Source: Gemmatimonadales bacterium (lineage in GTDB: Bacteria > Gemmatimonadota > Gemmatimonadetes > Gemmatimonadales > GWC2-71-9). Taken from it: DNA of 60,069 bases. Position numbers and translations under genes: made by a program. The first letter of the stretch is position 1. Every line of letters starts with the position of its first letter. The stretch lies in the NCBI GenBank assembly GCA_041577295.1, contig JBFGJG010000028.1, positions 1-60,069 of the forward strand, written 5' to 3'. A model generated the notes under the pieces. That model was not told the DNA's origin. It did not search any database and was given only the letters and a program-made list of their open reading frames with translations. Below are positions 29,691 through 41,000 of this stretch, in pieces.

Positions 29691-31861
29691 TGGCTGTTCG
29701 GGGGCCGGCGAAAAGAACGTGCGGAGAGAGCGACGAGCGATTCGTGAGCGATTGGGCGATCCTCGAGCCGTTTGAGCGTGAGGTGCATGCGCCGGCTCCA
29801 GCAGGGGTACGCGTCAGGATGCACTCCCGGCAGGTTCACGGGGTCGGTTTCGCCGGCGAGATCATCCAGCGAGATCGCTACCAACGGTGATGGTGTGCGC
29901 GCTAGGAAACGATGGACGGCGGTCGTGATTGCGGATGCATCTGGCGTCGCTTCCGGAAGGAGGCGCTCGCGCCTCAGCCGGTCCACGAGCGCTGTTCGAT
30001 CCGCCTCGCGTGTGGCGCGCGCCAGCTCGAGCACTGCATCAGTTGGAATGGAGCCCGCCTGGCGGCGCAGCGTGAGATCGCGTCCTTCCCAGTAACCACT
30101 GACCGGAGCGTGATCGTGCGTGCTCGCGCTGACGAGAGCCCGCTTCGAATACCGATTCGAAGGTCGGAACTCCCCGTGCCGGTTCCGTTCGAAATAGAGG
30201 ACCCTTGTAGACAGGATGCCGCGCCGGGCAAGCGTTGCCGGGAGCCCTTTGGGAACGGTGCCGAGATCCTCACCAATCACCAGGGTTCCATGTCGCGTGC
30301 TTTCCAATGCGAGGATGCCCAGGAGGTCGTCGGCGGGGTACCGGACGTAGGCGCCCTCGGTGCCGGACAGGCCGTCGGGAATCCAGAACATTCTGAACAG
30401 TCCCATCACGTGGTCAATGCGGAGTGCCCCGAAATGGCGCATGGCGTTCTGCACCAAGAGCCTCCAGTACCGGTAGCCGTCTTCCGCCCCGCGGTGGGGG
30501 TGCAGGGGGGGTAGCCCCCAGACCTGCCCGCCCGCCGCGTAGTCGTCTGGCGGTGCGCCAACGCTCGCACCCGAGACGAAGAGATCCTTGAAGACCCAGG
30601 GGTCGCACCCGCCAGGCGAGGACCCCACCGCGAGATCGCCGTACAACCCAAGCGGCAGACCCTCGCTATCCGCAAGACCAGCGAGCATCGCCAATTGCCG
30701 ATCGATCTCAAACTGCACCCACCGGTGATAATCGACGTCCTCGGCGGACCGCTCGCGAAATTCGACCACGGCGGGCGAGCGCGGGTCGCGGTACGCGTCC
30801 GGCCATGCGCGCCAGTCAGGTGGGGCTCCGTCCTCGGAGACCATGTGGTCGTCGAGCGCTGCAAACACGGCAAAAGCTTCCAGCGGAGCTCCCTGCGCAC
30901 GACAAAAGGTCCGGTAGGCGCGCCACCGATCTGTCTCCTCCTGGGCATGCTGTTCCACGAACACCTGGTGCAAGGCCCGCAATGCGCGGGTCTTCAGCTT
31001 CATCACGCTCTCGTACTGCACCACCTCTGCCGTCCGCGTGCCGATGAGCGACTCGACGAAATCCGTCGTGCCGATCAGCGCGCGGGCTGCATCGCTTTCG
31101 TGGAACTCGGGGATCGCCGTCACATCGAGGTACAACGGATTGCGGTAGAGGCGGCTGATCGGATAATAGGGACTGATATCCCACCCGCGATTCCGCAGTG
31201 CGTGCAGTGGATTGAGCCCTACGAAGGAAGCACCGACGGTCGCGGACCACCGCACCAGCCGATCCACGTCACCCAGATCGCCCGCGCCCCAGTTTTGCTC
31301 GCTGCGGACGGTGTAGAGGTTTGCAATGAGACCGTAGAGCCGCTTGCCGTGCGTCCGTTGGCTGAATGGTACGCACGACACGGGGGCGACGATCACGTGT
31401 TGCGTTGCGGTGAGGGTCTGGTGCCCGTTCTGGAGTTCGAGGCGAACCGCGTGATATCCGTGTGGGAGGCGAACACCCGACCGTAGGGTGAGCGACACAT
31501 CACGAACCGTTCCGCGTCCGGACGCCTGATGTTGCGCGCCGCTCTCTTCGGTGACCTCCAGCGACCAGCGCCACGCTCCTGTGGATAACGGTGCGACTCT
31601 TACCGTGTACGAAACCGTGCTAGCGCGTGTTCGGAGGACCTTCGTGGGCTCGATGAGGCGTTCCCGCGCGCGGGCCTCGAGCGCCGTCAGCGCACGCGCT
31701 GCCGCCTCCTCGCTGCTGGCATCCGAACCCAGGCATTCGAGGAGGGCGACGTACGTGGCGTCCGTGGTCTCGCGGCGGACGCCCGCGGTGTCGATGTAGT
31801 GGGGGAGGATCCCGTAGTGGTCGGCGAGTGCGCGGAGATTCGGGCGCAGATGCTCGATCAT
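29687..31861 (-). CDS. malQ: 4-alpha-glucanotransferase (GH77)
   Basis: LNPLHA, SPY.P.SR, YGDLAVG, GAPPD, LRIDHVMG, IGEDLGTVP, STHD, NLPG. Confidence 0.95.
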   Translation of the reverse strand: MIEHLRPNLRALADHYGILPHYIDTAGVRRETTDATYVALLECLGSDASSEEAAARALTALEARARERLIEPTKVLRTRASTVSYTVRVAPLSTGAWRWSLEVTEESGAQHQASGRGTVRDVSLTLRSGVRLPHGYHAVRLELQNGHQTLTATQHVIVAPVSCVPFSQRTHGKRLYGLIANLYTVRSEQNWGAGDLGDVDRLVRWSATVGASFVGLNPLHALRNRGWDISPYYPISRLYRNPLYLDVTAIPEFHESDAARALIGTTDFVESLIGTRTAEVVQYESVMKLKTRALRALHQVFVEQHAQEETDRWRAYRTFCRAQGAPLEAFAVFAALDDHMVSEDGAPPDWRAWPDAYRDPRSPAVVEFRERSAEDVDYHRWVQFEIDRQLAMLAGLADSEGLPLGLYGDLAVGSSPGGCDPWVFKDLFVSGASVGAPPDDYAAGGQVWGLPPLHPHRGAEDGYRYWRLLVQNAMRHFGALRIDHVMGLFRMFWIPDGLSGTEGAYVRYPADDLLGILALESTRHGTLVIGEDLGTVPKGLPATLARRGILSTRVLYFERNRHGEFRPSNRYSKRALVSASTHDHAPVSGYWEGRDLTLRRQAGSIPTDAVLELARATREADRTALVDRLRRERLLPEATPDASAITTAVHRFLARTPSPLVAISLDDLAGETDPVNLPGVHPDAYPCWSRRMHLTLKRLEDRPIAHESLVALSARSFRRPPNSQ

Positions 31862-34062
31862 CGCTGTGGAAGCAGCACTAACGCTCCCAACGGTGGCAAT
31901 CTGAGCCGCAGCGAGTTCTCGTATCCGTGGAACGGAACCGGCTCGGTCTCCACGGTGTGTGACGTTAGGACCTCACTCCCTCCGTAGTCGGCGCGGTCGC
32001 TGCTAAACGCTTCAACGTAGGTGCCTGCGATCGGGCTCCCGATGCGATAGTGCTCGCGGGGAACAGGCGTCAGGTTCAGTACGACGATCGCAAAGTCGTC
32101 GCCGTCCCGCCGCAGAAATGACATCACCGAGTTTTCGCGATCGTTGCAATCGATCCACGAGAAGCCCTCGGGATCCGGATCGCGGCGCCAGAAGCAAGGG
32201 GTTCGTTGATAGAGCGCACCGAGATCCTCGAAGAAGCGCAGCAGCCCCTCGCGACGGGGATCGCCGCGCAGGTGCCAGTCGAGACTCTCGTCGTGATTCC
32301 ACTCGCGTGTGGGGGCGAGCTCGCTGCCCATGAAGAGCAGCTGTTTGCCCGGTCTCGTGAACTGGTACGTGAAGAGCAGCCTGAGGTTCGCCAGTTTTTG
32401 CCATTCGTCACCTGGCATTTTGTTCAGCAGCGAGCCCTTGCCGTGAACCACCTCGTCGTGCGAGAGGGGCATGACGAAGCGCTCGGTGTGCTCGTAAAGC
32501 ATCGCGAAGGTGAGCTGATCGTGGTGAAACTTTCGGTGAACGGGATCCTTCGTGAAGTACACAAGCGTGTCGTGCATCCACCCCATGTTCCACTTAAGGG
32601 TGAACCCCAGCCCGCCCTCCCACGGCGAGTTCGTTACGCCCGGCCACGCGGTGGATTCCTCTGCGATGGTGACACATCCGGGTGCTTCGTCGCGGATGGT
32701 CTGGTTGAGTTGCCGCAGAAAGTCGATGGCATCGAGGTTTTCGCGGCCACCGTACCGGTTGGGCAACCACTCCCCGGCTTCCCGGCTGTAGTCGAGGTAG
32801 AGCATCGACGCCACGGCATCCACGCGGAGCGCGTCAATATGGAATTCTTTGAACCAGTAGAGGGCGTTCGCCACGAGAAAGTTCCGGACCTCGTTACGGC
32901 CATAGTTGAAGATCAGCGTTCCCCAATCGGGGTGCTCGCCCAGCCGCGGATCTTCGTGCTCGTACAGGGCCGTGCCATCAAAACGCCGCAGCGCAAAGTC
33001 GTCCTTGGGAAAGTGTGCGGGTACCCAGTCGAGGATCACACCGATCTCGTGCTGATGACAGTAATCCACGAAGTAGCGGAAGTCGTCTGGGTTCCCGTAG
33101 CGCGTGGTCGGGGCGTAATACCCGGATACCTGATAACCCCACGAGCCGCTGAACGGATGCTCGGCCACGGGCAAGAGCTCGAGGTGGGTGAACCCGAGCT
33201 GTTTGACGTGGTCGACGAGGCGTGGCGCGATCTCGCGATATGTGAGTGGGCGGTGGTCCTCTTCCGGGACCCGCGCCCATGAGCCGAGGTGCACCTCGTA
33301 AATGGACACCGGTTCACGCGTGAGGTCGCGGGACGCGCGCCGCTCGATCCACGGTGCGTCGCTCCACTGGTGCTCACTCTGCGCCACCCGAGATGCCGTC
33401 CCCGGCGGCACTTCCATGTGCCGCGCCATCGGGTCGGTTTTGATGCGGAGCGCACGGTCTCGGGTCTTGATCTCGTACTTGTACAGCGCGCCGGCCGCGA
33501 CGTCTGGCACGAACAGCTCGAAGATTCCCGAGCTTCCAAGGTGCCGCATGGGGAAGAGCCGGCCGTCCCAGAAGCAGAAGTCCCCAACGACGCTGACCCG
33601 CAGGGCGTTCGGTGCCCAGAGGGCAAAGGACACCCCATTCACGCCATCGATGGTGCGGACGTGTGCTCCCAGACACTCCCACAGCCGGCGGTGGCTCCCT
33701 TCGTTGAACAGATGCTGATCGACGTCGCCCAAGGTGGGGAGAAACCGGTACGGATCGTCCCGTTCCCAGGCGTTTCCATCTTCGAACGCAAAACGCAGCC
33801 GATACGTGAGCGGAAGCGTTTCGTCCTCCACGAGCGTGGCGAAGAGACCGCCTCCCAGCGGCTCCATCTCTACGGAACCATCCTCGAGCACGCATTGCAC
33901 GCCGATCGCGTCGGGGTGGTAGGCGCGAATCACGACCCCGGCCCCGTCCACCGGGTGCGACCCGAGGATACTGTGCGGACTGCTGTGCTCGCCGGCGATG
34001 AGCCGCAGCCGGTCTGCGCGGGAAATGTCGAACTGGGTGGGTGTGTGCTGTCTTGGTGTCAT
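31858..34062 (-). CDS. glgB: 1,4-alpha-glucan branching enzyme
   Basis: WGYQ, DWVPAHFP, LRVDAVASMLYLDYSR, AEESTAW, PLSHDEVVHGK. ATG 34062 overlaps the glgX stop. Confidence 0.97.
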   Translation of the reverse strand: MTPRQHTPTQFDISRADRLRLIAGEHSSPHSILGSHPVDGAGVVIRAYHPDAIGVQCVLEDGSVEMEPLGGGLFATLVEDETLPLTYRLRFAFEDGNAWERDDPYRFLPTLGDVDQHLFNEGSHRRLWECLGAHVRTIDGVNGVSFALWAPNALRVSVVGDFCFWDGRLFPMRHLGSSGIFELFVPDVAAGALYKYEIKTRDRALRIKTDPMARHMEVPPGTASRVAQSEHQWSDAPWIERRASRDLTREPVSIYEVHLGSWARVPEEDHRPLTYREIAPRLVDHVKQLGFTHLELLPVAEHPFSGSWGYQVSGYYAPTTRYGNPDDFRYFVDYCHQHEIGVILDWVPAHFPKDDFALRRFDGTALYEHEDPRLGEHPDWGTLIFNYGRNEVRNFLVANALYWFKEFHIDALRVDAVASMLYLDYSREAGEWLPNRYGGRENLDAIDFLRQLNQTIRDEAPGCVTIAEESTAWPGVTNSPWEGGLGFTLKWNMGWMHDTLVYFTKDPVHRKFHHDQLTFAMLYEHTERFVMPLSHDEVVHGKGSLLNKMPGDEWQKLANLRLLFTYQFTRPGKQLLFMGSELAPTREWNHDESLDWHLRGDPRREGLLRFFEDLGALYQRTPCFWRRDPDPEGFSWIDCNDRENSVMSFLRRDGDDFAIVVLNLTPVPREHYRIGSPIAGTYVEAFSSDRADYGGSEVLTSHTVETEPVPFHGYENSLRLRLPPLGALVLLPQR

Positions 34063-36173
34063 GGCAACAGCTCGTACCGAAACAGGATGAGAGAATGCCC
34101 CACGAGGTTGACCGCACCGGTCTTGATGGTTCGGGATCCCGGCCGGGCCGTGTTCACGACCTCGATCCACACACCAGGCTCGGCGAGCTCCGGCAACGTG
34201 AATCGCCTCGAGCGGCTGCCGCTATTGAGCAGCAACAGCACGGTCTCACCGATGGCCAGGCGTCCCCGTTCGTCGCGCTCGTCGGTGGCCCGCCCGTGAA
34301 TGAGCATGCCGACTACGTGGGTCCGTGGGTTGTTCCAATCGGCCTCTGTCATTTCTTGTGCGTCGGGACGCAGCCACGCAAGGTCTTTGAGCCCGGTGGG
34401 GGTGATCGGGTGACCCCGAAAGAACGAGCGGCGTCGGAGGACGGGATTGGCGAGCCGCAGAGTGAATATGCGCTGCGTGAAGGCCAAAAGCCGTCGTGCG
34501 CGGGGATCGAGGTCCCAGTCGATCCATGTCAGTTCGTTGTCCTGACAGTACGCGTTGTTGTTGCCTTGTTGCGTGCGGCCGAGCTCGTCACCGTGCGAGA
34601 TCATCGGCACGCCTTGGGAGAAGGCGAGCGTGGCCAGGAAGTTTCGGATCATTCGATCCCGCATCTGCACCACCTGCACGGCATCCGTCGGGCCTTCGGC
34701 TCCCCAGTTGCGCGAGTAGTTGGCGTCAGTACCATCGCGGTTCTGTTCGCCGTTTGCCTCGTTATGCTTGTGCTCATAGCTCACGAGGTCGCGCAGGGAG
34801 AACCCGTCGTGACAGGTCACGAAGTTGATGCTGGCGTGCGGGCTCCGTTCGTCGTGCTCGTACAGGTCACTGCTGCCGGCGAGGCGATAGGCCAGGTCGG
34901 GAAGCTGGGCGGAGTCCGCGCGCCAGAACCGACGCACCGTGTCCCGGTATTTGCCGTTCCACTCTGCCCAGCCCACCGGAAAGTTGCCCACCTGGTATCC
35001 ACCCTCGCCCAGGTCCCACGGCTCCGCGATGAGCTTCACCTGTGAGATAATCGGATCCTGCTTGATGATATCGAAGAAGCGCCCCAGGCGGTTGACTTGA
35101 AACAGCTCGCGGGCGAGCGCCGACGCGAGATCGAAGCGAAAGCCGTCGACGTGCATCTCCTGCACCCAGTAGCGCAGGCTGTCCATGATCAGCTGCATCG
35201 TACGCGGATGCACCATGTTGAGACTGTTCCCGCATCCGGTGAAGTCGACATAGTAGCGCGGTTGTTGCACATCCAGCCGGTAATACGCCGCGTTGTCGAT
35301 TCCTCGAAATGACAGCGTTGGCCCGTGATGATTGCCTTCAGCCGTGTGATTGTACACCACATCCACGATGACCTCGATGCCCGCTCGGTGAAACCGCTTG
35401 ACCATCGACTTGAACTCCGTCACCTGTTGGCCGAGGGCGCCCGTGGCATACCGCACGTCAGGCGCAAAAAACCCGATGGAGTTGTACCCCCAATAGTTGG
35501 TGAGGCCACGTTCGATGACCGGCCGCTCGGAAACGAAGTGGTGAATGGGCATCAATTCCACCGCGGTCACGTTGAGGGAGCGCAGGTGGTCGATGATCGG
35601 GTCGGTTGCGAGCCCGAGGTAGGTCCCCCGCAACGCCTCGGGAACGTCAGGGTGTCGCATAGTCATCCCGCGAACGTGGCACTCGTAGATGACGGTCCGA
35701 TGCCACGGTACGCGGGGGGCACGATCCTCTCCCCAGCTGAAGCTCTGATCGATCACCACTGCCTTGGGAACTGCTCCGGCACTGTCTCGCGTATCGAATG
35801 AGAGATCCTCCTCGGGATGCCCAATGGTATACCCGAACAGCGTATCACTCCATTGGACGGTCCCGCTGATCGCGCGCGCATACGGATCGATCAGCAGCTT
35901 ATGGGGATTGAAGCGATGCCCATGATTCGGATCGTACGGGCCGTGGACCCGGTAGCCGTACAGTTGCCCCGGTCGCACGTCCGGCAGATATGCGTGCCAC
36001 ACGCTGTCGGTGCGCTCGGTGAGTGTGATACGCATGGCGGCTTGGGTGTCCATCGGGCCGTCGAAGAGACACAGCTCCACTTTGTCGGCGTTTGCCGAGA
36101 AGAGCGAAAAGTTGGTTCCCTCACCGTCCCACGTCGCACCGAGCGGGGAGGGAGACCCCGGCCAGAGGCGCAT
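34059..36173 (-). CDS. glgX: Glycogen debranching enzyme (isoamylase)
   Basis: PLGATWDG.GTNF, NYWGY, DVVYNHTAEG, DGFRFDLAS, IAEPWD, TCHDGF, GNNNAYCQDN. Start ATG 36173. Confidence 0.97.
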   Translation of the reverse strand: MRLWPGSPSPLGATWDGEGTNFSLFSANADKVELCLFDGPMDTQAAMRITLTERTDSVWHAYLPDVRPGQLYGYRVHGPYDPNHGHRFNPHKLLIDPYARAISGTVQWSDTLFGYTIGHPEEDLSFDTRDSAGAVPKAVVIDQSFSWGEDRAPRVPWHRTVIYECHVRGMTMRHPDVPEALRGTYLGLATDPIIDHLRSLNVTAVELMPIHHFVSERPVIERGLTNYWGYNSIGFFAPDVRYATGALGQQVTEFKSMVKRFHRAGIEVIVDVVYNHTAEGNHHGPTLSFRGIDNAAYYRLDVQQPRYYVDFTGCGNSLNMVHPRTMQLIMDSLRYWVQEMHVDGFRFDLASALARELFQVNRLGRFFDIIKQDPIISQVKLIAEPWDLGEGGYQVGNFPVGWAEWNGKYRDTVRRFWRADSAQLPDLAYRLAGSSDLYEHDERSPHASINFVTCHDGFSLRDLVSYEHKHNEANGEQNRDGTDANYSRNWGAEGPTDAVQVVQMRDRMIRNFLATLAFSQGVPMISHGDELGRTQQGNNNAYCQDNELTWIDWDLDPRARRLLAFTQRIFTLRLANPVLRRRSFFRGHPITPTGLKDLAWLRPDAQEMTEADWNNPRTHVVGMLIHGRATDERDERGRLAIGETVLLLLNSGSRSRRFTLPELAEPGVWIEVVNTARPGSRTIKTGAVNLVGHSLILFRYELLP

Positions 36174-38038
36174 CAGCTGCCCTCGCGCCGGTAAAGGGCC
36201 GCGCTGGAGGGGGGGAGTGAGAGTGAAGCGCCCCCCAAGGGCCCGCTGATCTCCAGATGCTGGTCGGGCCCGCCTGCGCCACCGAATCGTCGCGAATCGG
36301 TGGACACGCGAAGGTGCCACGATCCCGGAGCCGCCGAGATGCGCGCCACCGCGGGAATCGGTGAGAGGTTGAACACCGCCACGAGCGGTGCGCTGCGGCG
36401 TGCCTCGTAGGCCATGGTTATCCACCCCTTCTCGTCATCGCTGTCCACCTGCCACCGAGCTGCCCCTGGGCGAAGCGCCGGTTCTGCACGGCGTATCTCG
36501 AGCAGCTCGCGATAAAGGTCATGCAGGACCTCGCGCTGCGGAGCCTCGTCCCAGGTCCAACTGATCCGGGATCGGAGGAACGTTGCGACGTCCGCAGGAT
36601 CCGGGATCTCGCCCGTCCAGCCAAACGCTCGAAACTCCCGTTCACGGCCCTGACGCACGGCTTGGACGAGGCTCGGATCGCTGTGACTGACGAAGTAGAG
36701 GAACGGGTTTGGCTCCGCGTGCTCTTCGCCCATGAACAGCAGGGGAACGTAGGGACCGAGGAGCAAAAGTGCCGCCGCGAGCTTTTGTTGTTCATGGGGA
36801 ACGAGGTGTCCCAACCGGTCGCCGCGCGCACGGTTCCCAACCTGATCGTGGTTCTGGATGAATACCACGAAGCGCTCCGCCGGCAGATCGGAGGCGGGTG
36901 CCCCGTGGCGTCGCCGTCGGTAGCGCGAGTAGGTGCCGTCGACCACGAAGCGATCGCGCAACGCCTTGGCGACGAGTCCCGTGCGACCAAAGTCGACGTA
37001 GTACCCTGCACGCTCGCCTGTGAGCGCGGCGTGCACGGCATGGTGAAAGTCATCGGACCACTGGGCGTCGAGCCCGAATCCGCCGAAGGCCCGGGCTCTG
37101 ACCAGGCGTGGATCGTTGAGATCGCTCTCAGCGATCACGTGGACGTGTTGCACGCGTCCGCCACGGCGCGTTTCCTCGTGCACGCGGGTCGCCAGTTCTT
37201 CGAGGATGTGGCGAGCGCTCAAATCGAGGATTGCGTGCACGGCGTCGAGGCGGAGGCCGTCGATGTGACACTCGGTAATCCAATAGAGGGCGTTGTCGAT
37301 GACGAAGCGGCGGACTTCGTCGCTCTCGGCCCCGTCGAAGTTGACCGCGCGCCCCCACGGGGTGTGGTAACGGTCCGTGAAGTAGTGACCGAACTCGTCG
37401 AGGTAGTTGCCTTCCGGCCCCAGGTGGTTGTAGACCACGTCTAGGATCACCGCGATGCCGTGCTTGTGCGCAGCGTCGACTAAGCGCTTGAGGCCGGTGG
37501 GTCCGCCGTAGGCGTGGTGAGCCGCGTACAGCTGGACTCCGTCGTATCCCCAGCCCCGCGACCCGGGAAACTCGGCGACCGGCATGAGCGAGATCGCCGT
37601 GATCCCGAGGTCCTGGAGGTACGGTAGCCGTTTGGCAACGCCTCCGAATGTCCCTTCTTCGGTGAAGGTGCCGACGTGTATCTCGTACAGCACCAGGTCG
37701 GCCATCGGTACTCCAGTCCATTCCGCGTCGGTCCACTGGAATGCGTCGGGATCGACGATCCTCGACCACCCGTGCACGCCCTCCGGCTGGTACCGGCTCA
37801 CGGGGTCGGGTAACGCGGGTCCTCCATCGATCCGGTAGGCGTAGTCGATGCCAGAGTCGAGACCGGTCACGTCTAGCGTGTGCACCCCGTCGTCGCCGCG
37901 GTGCATGAGCAGCTCGGTGGGCTTGGGGTTGCCAGCGAGCCGCAGCGTCAGGCGCTCCGCCTTCGGAGCCCACACGGCGAACTGCACCGTCCCGTTTTCC
38001 TGTAGCGTGGTGCCACGCTCCAACCGCCATCCGGTCAT
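36173..38038 (-). CDS. treZ: Malto-oligosyltrehalose trehalohydrolase
   Basis: WGYDGV, DVVYNHLGPEGNYL, GLRLDAVHAI, QWSDDFHH, NHDQVGNRA. Start ATG 38038. Confidence 0.95.
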   Translation of the reverse strand: MTGWRLERGTTLQENGTVQFAVWAPKAERLTLRLAGNPKPTELLMHRGDDGVHTLDVTGLDSGIDYAYRIDGGPALPDPVSRYQPEGVHGWSRIVDPDAFQWTDAEWTGVPMADLVLYEIHVGTFTEEGTFGGVAKRLPYLQDLGITAISLMPVAEFPGSRGWGYDGVQLYAAHHAYGGPTGLKRLVDAAHKHGIAVILDVVYNHLGPEGNYLDEFGHYFTDRYHTPWGRAVNFDGAESDEVRRFVIDNALYWITECHIDGLRLDAVHAILDLSARHILEELATRVHEETRRGGRVQHVHVIAESDLNDPRLVRARAFGGFGLDAQWSDDFHHAVHAALTGERAGYYVDFGRTGLVAKALRDRFVVDGTYSRYRRRRHGAPASDLPAERFVVFIQNHDQVGNRARGDRLGHLVPHEQQKLAAALLLLGPYVPLLFMGEEHAEPNPFLYFVSHSDPSLVQAVRQGREREFRAFGWTGEIPDPADVATFLRSRISWTWDEAPQREVLHDLYRELLEIRRAEPALRPGAARWQVDSDDEKGWITMAYEARRSAPLVAVFNLSPIPAVARISAAPGSWHLRVSTDSRRFGGAGGPDQHLEISGPLGGASLSLPPSSAALYRREGS

Positions 38039-41000
38039 CCGCGGGCGGGCGGCTCCACTAGCTGGAGGATGCCTCTCAGCGGTATCCAGACCCAATCTGG
38101 CCGGTTGTTGAGCTCGTACCCGAACTCATAGAGTGCCTTGTCTAGGAGGTAGGTGTTGAGCAGCAGTTCGAGTTCGGCGGGATCGGATGGTAGCAGGCCC
38201 GTCCCGTCGAGGTGCTCAACGTAGGCTCTGAGAAACGCCGAGGATGCCCACGCCTGCCAGAAGCGGCCCCAGGGTTCTACCTGTGCCGCTTCGTCATCCG
38301 GAACCATGTTCCCGATCACGCGGGTGGCCAGCACCGTGGCGGCGGCGTAGTGGAACGATCGAAGCAGGCCAGCGACGTCTCGCAAGGGCGACCGTTTGAT
38401 GCGCCGTTCGCCGATGGGGCGGGCGGGCTCCCCCTCAAAATCGATGACGACGAAATCCTTTCCGGTCCACAGCAGTTGCCCGAGGTGATAGTCGCCGTGG
38501 CATCGGATCCGTTGGGCACGAATGCGGTGATCGGCTACGGCACGCAGTGCCCGCAACACCTTGCTTTTGAGTCCGAGGACACGCTCTGCCTCTGGTTTGA
38601 TGGTCTTTGGGAGCGAAGGCAGTGTCTCACCGAGCGCGTGAAAGACGTTGGTGCTGAGGTTTCGCATCGATTGATAGAGCGATCGTTGATACAGCCGGGT
38701 GAACGGCTCGGGAGCGAACTGCGGGTCTTGTGGGTCCGACGCGAGCGCGGCGTGCATCTCCGCGGTGCGCTGTCCGAGCATGCGCGCGGATTCCAGATAC
38801 CCGCCGAGGAGCTCCTCGGTGAGCGGCTCGGGCACCCCCTGAGTGAGCGCTACGAGACCCTGTTCCGGCACGGGCACGGGATCACTGGTGGGACGCTGCA
38901 CCAACACGCGCTCGAAATACCGCTCGAGATCGTCGAGGGTAAACTGCCATGCATCGCCCTCGTTCGGGACAAATCCCTGGAGGATCGCGAGCGTGGTGGG
39001 CTCTCCATTTCCCGCGTGGTACTCCAGCTGCCCGGCGACTGGTGGAAGGTGCGTGAACGACGTCTTCTCGGTGAGAAATCGACCGATCTCGAGATCTGGA
39101 TTGCGCCCTTCCCCCAGGCGCCGAAACACCTTGAGCACCAACCGGTCACCGTAGCGGATCGAGGAATTCGACTGCTCCCACCCCATCAACGTCGGATCGA
39201 GCTTCCCATCGCGCATCAGCGCATTGAGCGCCCGGGTGCGTCCCGAAATCACTGATCCATCCTGACCGCGGAACCGCCGTCGGCGCGCGATGGCGTGCAG
39301 GAAGGCGTTGCCCACCTCCGGATCGCCAATGGCGTCGTAGAGGACCCCGGCTACCGGCTCGCCGTCGCCGGTGACCGTCACTCGCGCGATCACGGCACGG
39401 AGCGCGTGATCCTCGAGCCACTTAGCGCGGTCGCCCGTGGCGAAGCCAACGGGGATCGCGTAGCGTTCTGGTCGGCCGTCGGTGTATTCGATACTTGCGA
39501 AAATCAAGAATGCGTGGGTAGTGCCGTCCCCTTTGACGGGAACGGCGTCCTCGATTTCCGCGCGCTTGATGCGCCGCGACTTTCCGCCAAACCACCGCTG
39601 TTGCGGTAGGAACGCTGGGAGCGTCTCCGCCACTTGCTTTGCATCGTCGTCGAGCAGCCTATGCCACGGTTTCACCGTTTCCAATTCGGGTAACCGATCG
39701 GCCGTCCGGACGGTGATCTCTTCGCGCCGTGGCGCGACGATCGAGAACCAATAGAACCCGTGGGGGCTCAGCGTGAGCAGGTAGGGGAGCTCGCCGATCA
39801 GGGGAAAGTCCGTACCCCCGAACAGCTCGACTGCCATCTTGTCGTTGTAGCGCGACAGATCCAACTCCACGTACTGCGGATAGCGTGACAGATTCGCCAC
39901 CACGAGGATCGTCTCCTCGCCGTACTTGCGAAGGAATGCGAGCACTTTGCGATTGCTCGGATCGAGAAATTCCAGCGTCCCACGGCCGAAGGCCTTGAAA
40001 CGCTTGCGGAGCGCGATCAGCCGCTTGGTCCACCACAGGAGGGAATGCGGATTCTGTTGCTGGGCTTCGACATTGACCGTCTCGTAGTGGTACTCCGGGT
40101 CGATGACCACCGGCAGGTAGAGCCGCTGGGGGTTCGCGCGAGAGAATCCCGCGTTGCGGTCACCGCTCCACTGCATCGGTGTCCGCACCCCGTTGCGATC
40201 GCCGAGGTAAAAGTTGTCGCCCATCCCGATCTCGTCCCCGTAGTACAAGACCGGGGTTCCCGGGAGCGAGAAGAGTAACCCATTCATCAACTCGATCCGG
40301 CGGCGGTCGTTCCCCAGCAGGGGCGCGAGCCGTCGCCGGATGCCCAAGTTGATGCGCGCCTGTTGGTCGTGGGCGTAGACGCGATACATGTAATCGCGTT
40401 CCTCGTCGGTGACCATCTCCAGGGTGAGCTCGTCGTGGTTGCGGAGAAAGAGCGCCCACTGCGCGGTGTCGGGTATGTCGGGCGTTTGCTCGAGAATGTC
40501 CACGATGGGGTAGCGGTCCTCCATGTGCAGCGCCATGAAGAGCCGTGGCATGATGGGGAAGTGAAATGCCATCTGGCATTCATCGGCATCCCCAAAGTAC
40601 GAAACGGCCTCCTCGGGCCACTGATTAGCCTCGGCGAGCAGCATCCGGTTGCGAAATTTTCCGTCAACGTGGCGGCGCAGCGTCTTCAAAAACTCGTGGG
40701 TCTCTGGCAGATTCTCGCAGTTCGTGCCTTCGCGCTCGTACAGATAGGGGACGGCGTCGAGCCGCATCCCGTCAACGCCCATGGCGAACCAGAAATCCAT
40801 GGCCTGCATGACCGCGCGACGGACCGCGGCGTTGTCGAAGTTGAGGTCGGGCTGCGAGCTATAGAATCGATGCCAAAAGTACGCTTTCGCGACGCGGTCC
40901 CACGTCCAGTTGGACGTCTCAAAATCCTTGAAGATGATTCGCGCTTCCTTGTACCGATCCGGGTCGTCACTCCACACGTAGAAGTCCCGCGCTTTGCTGC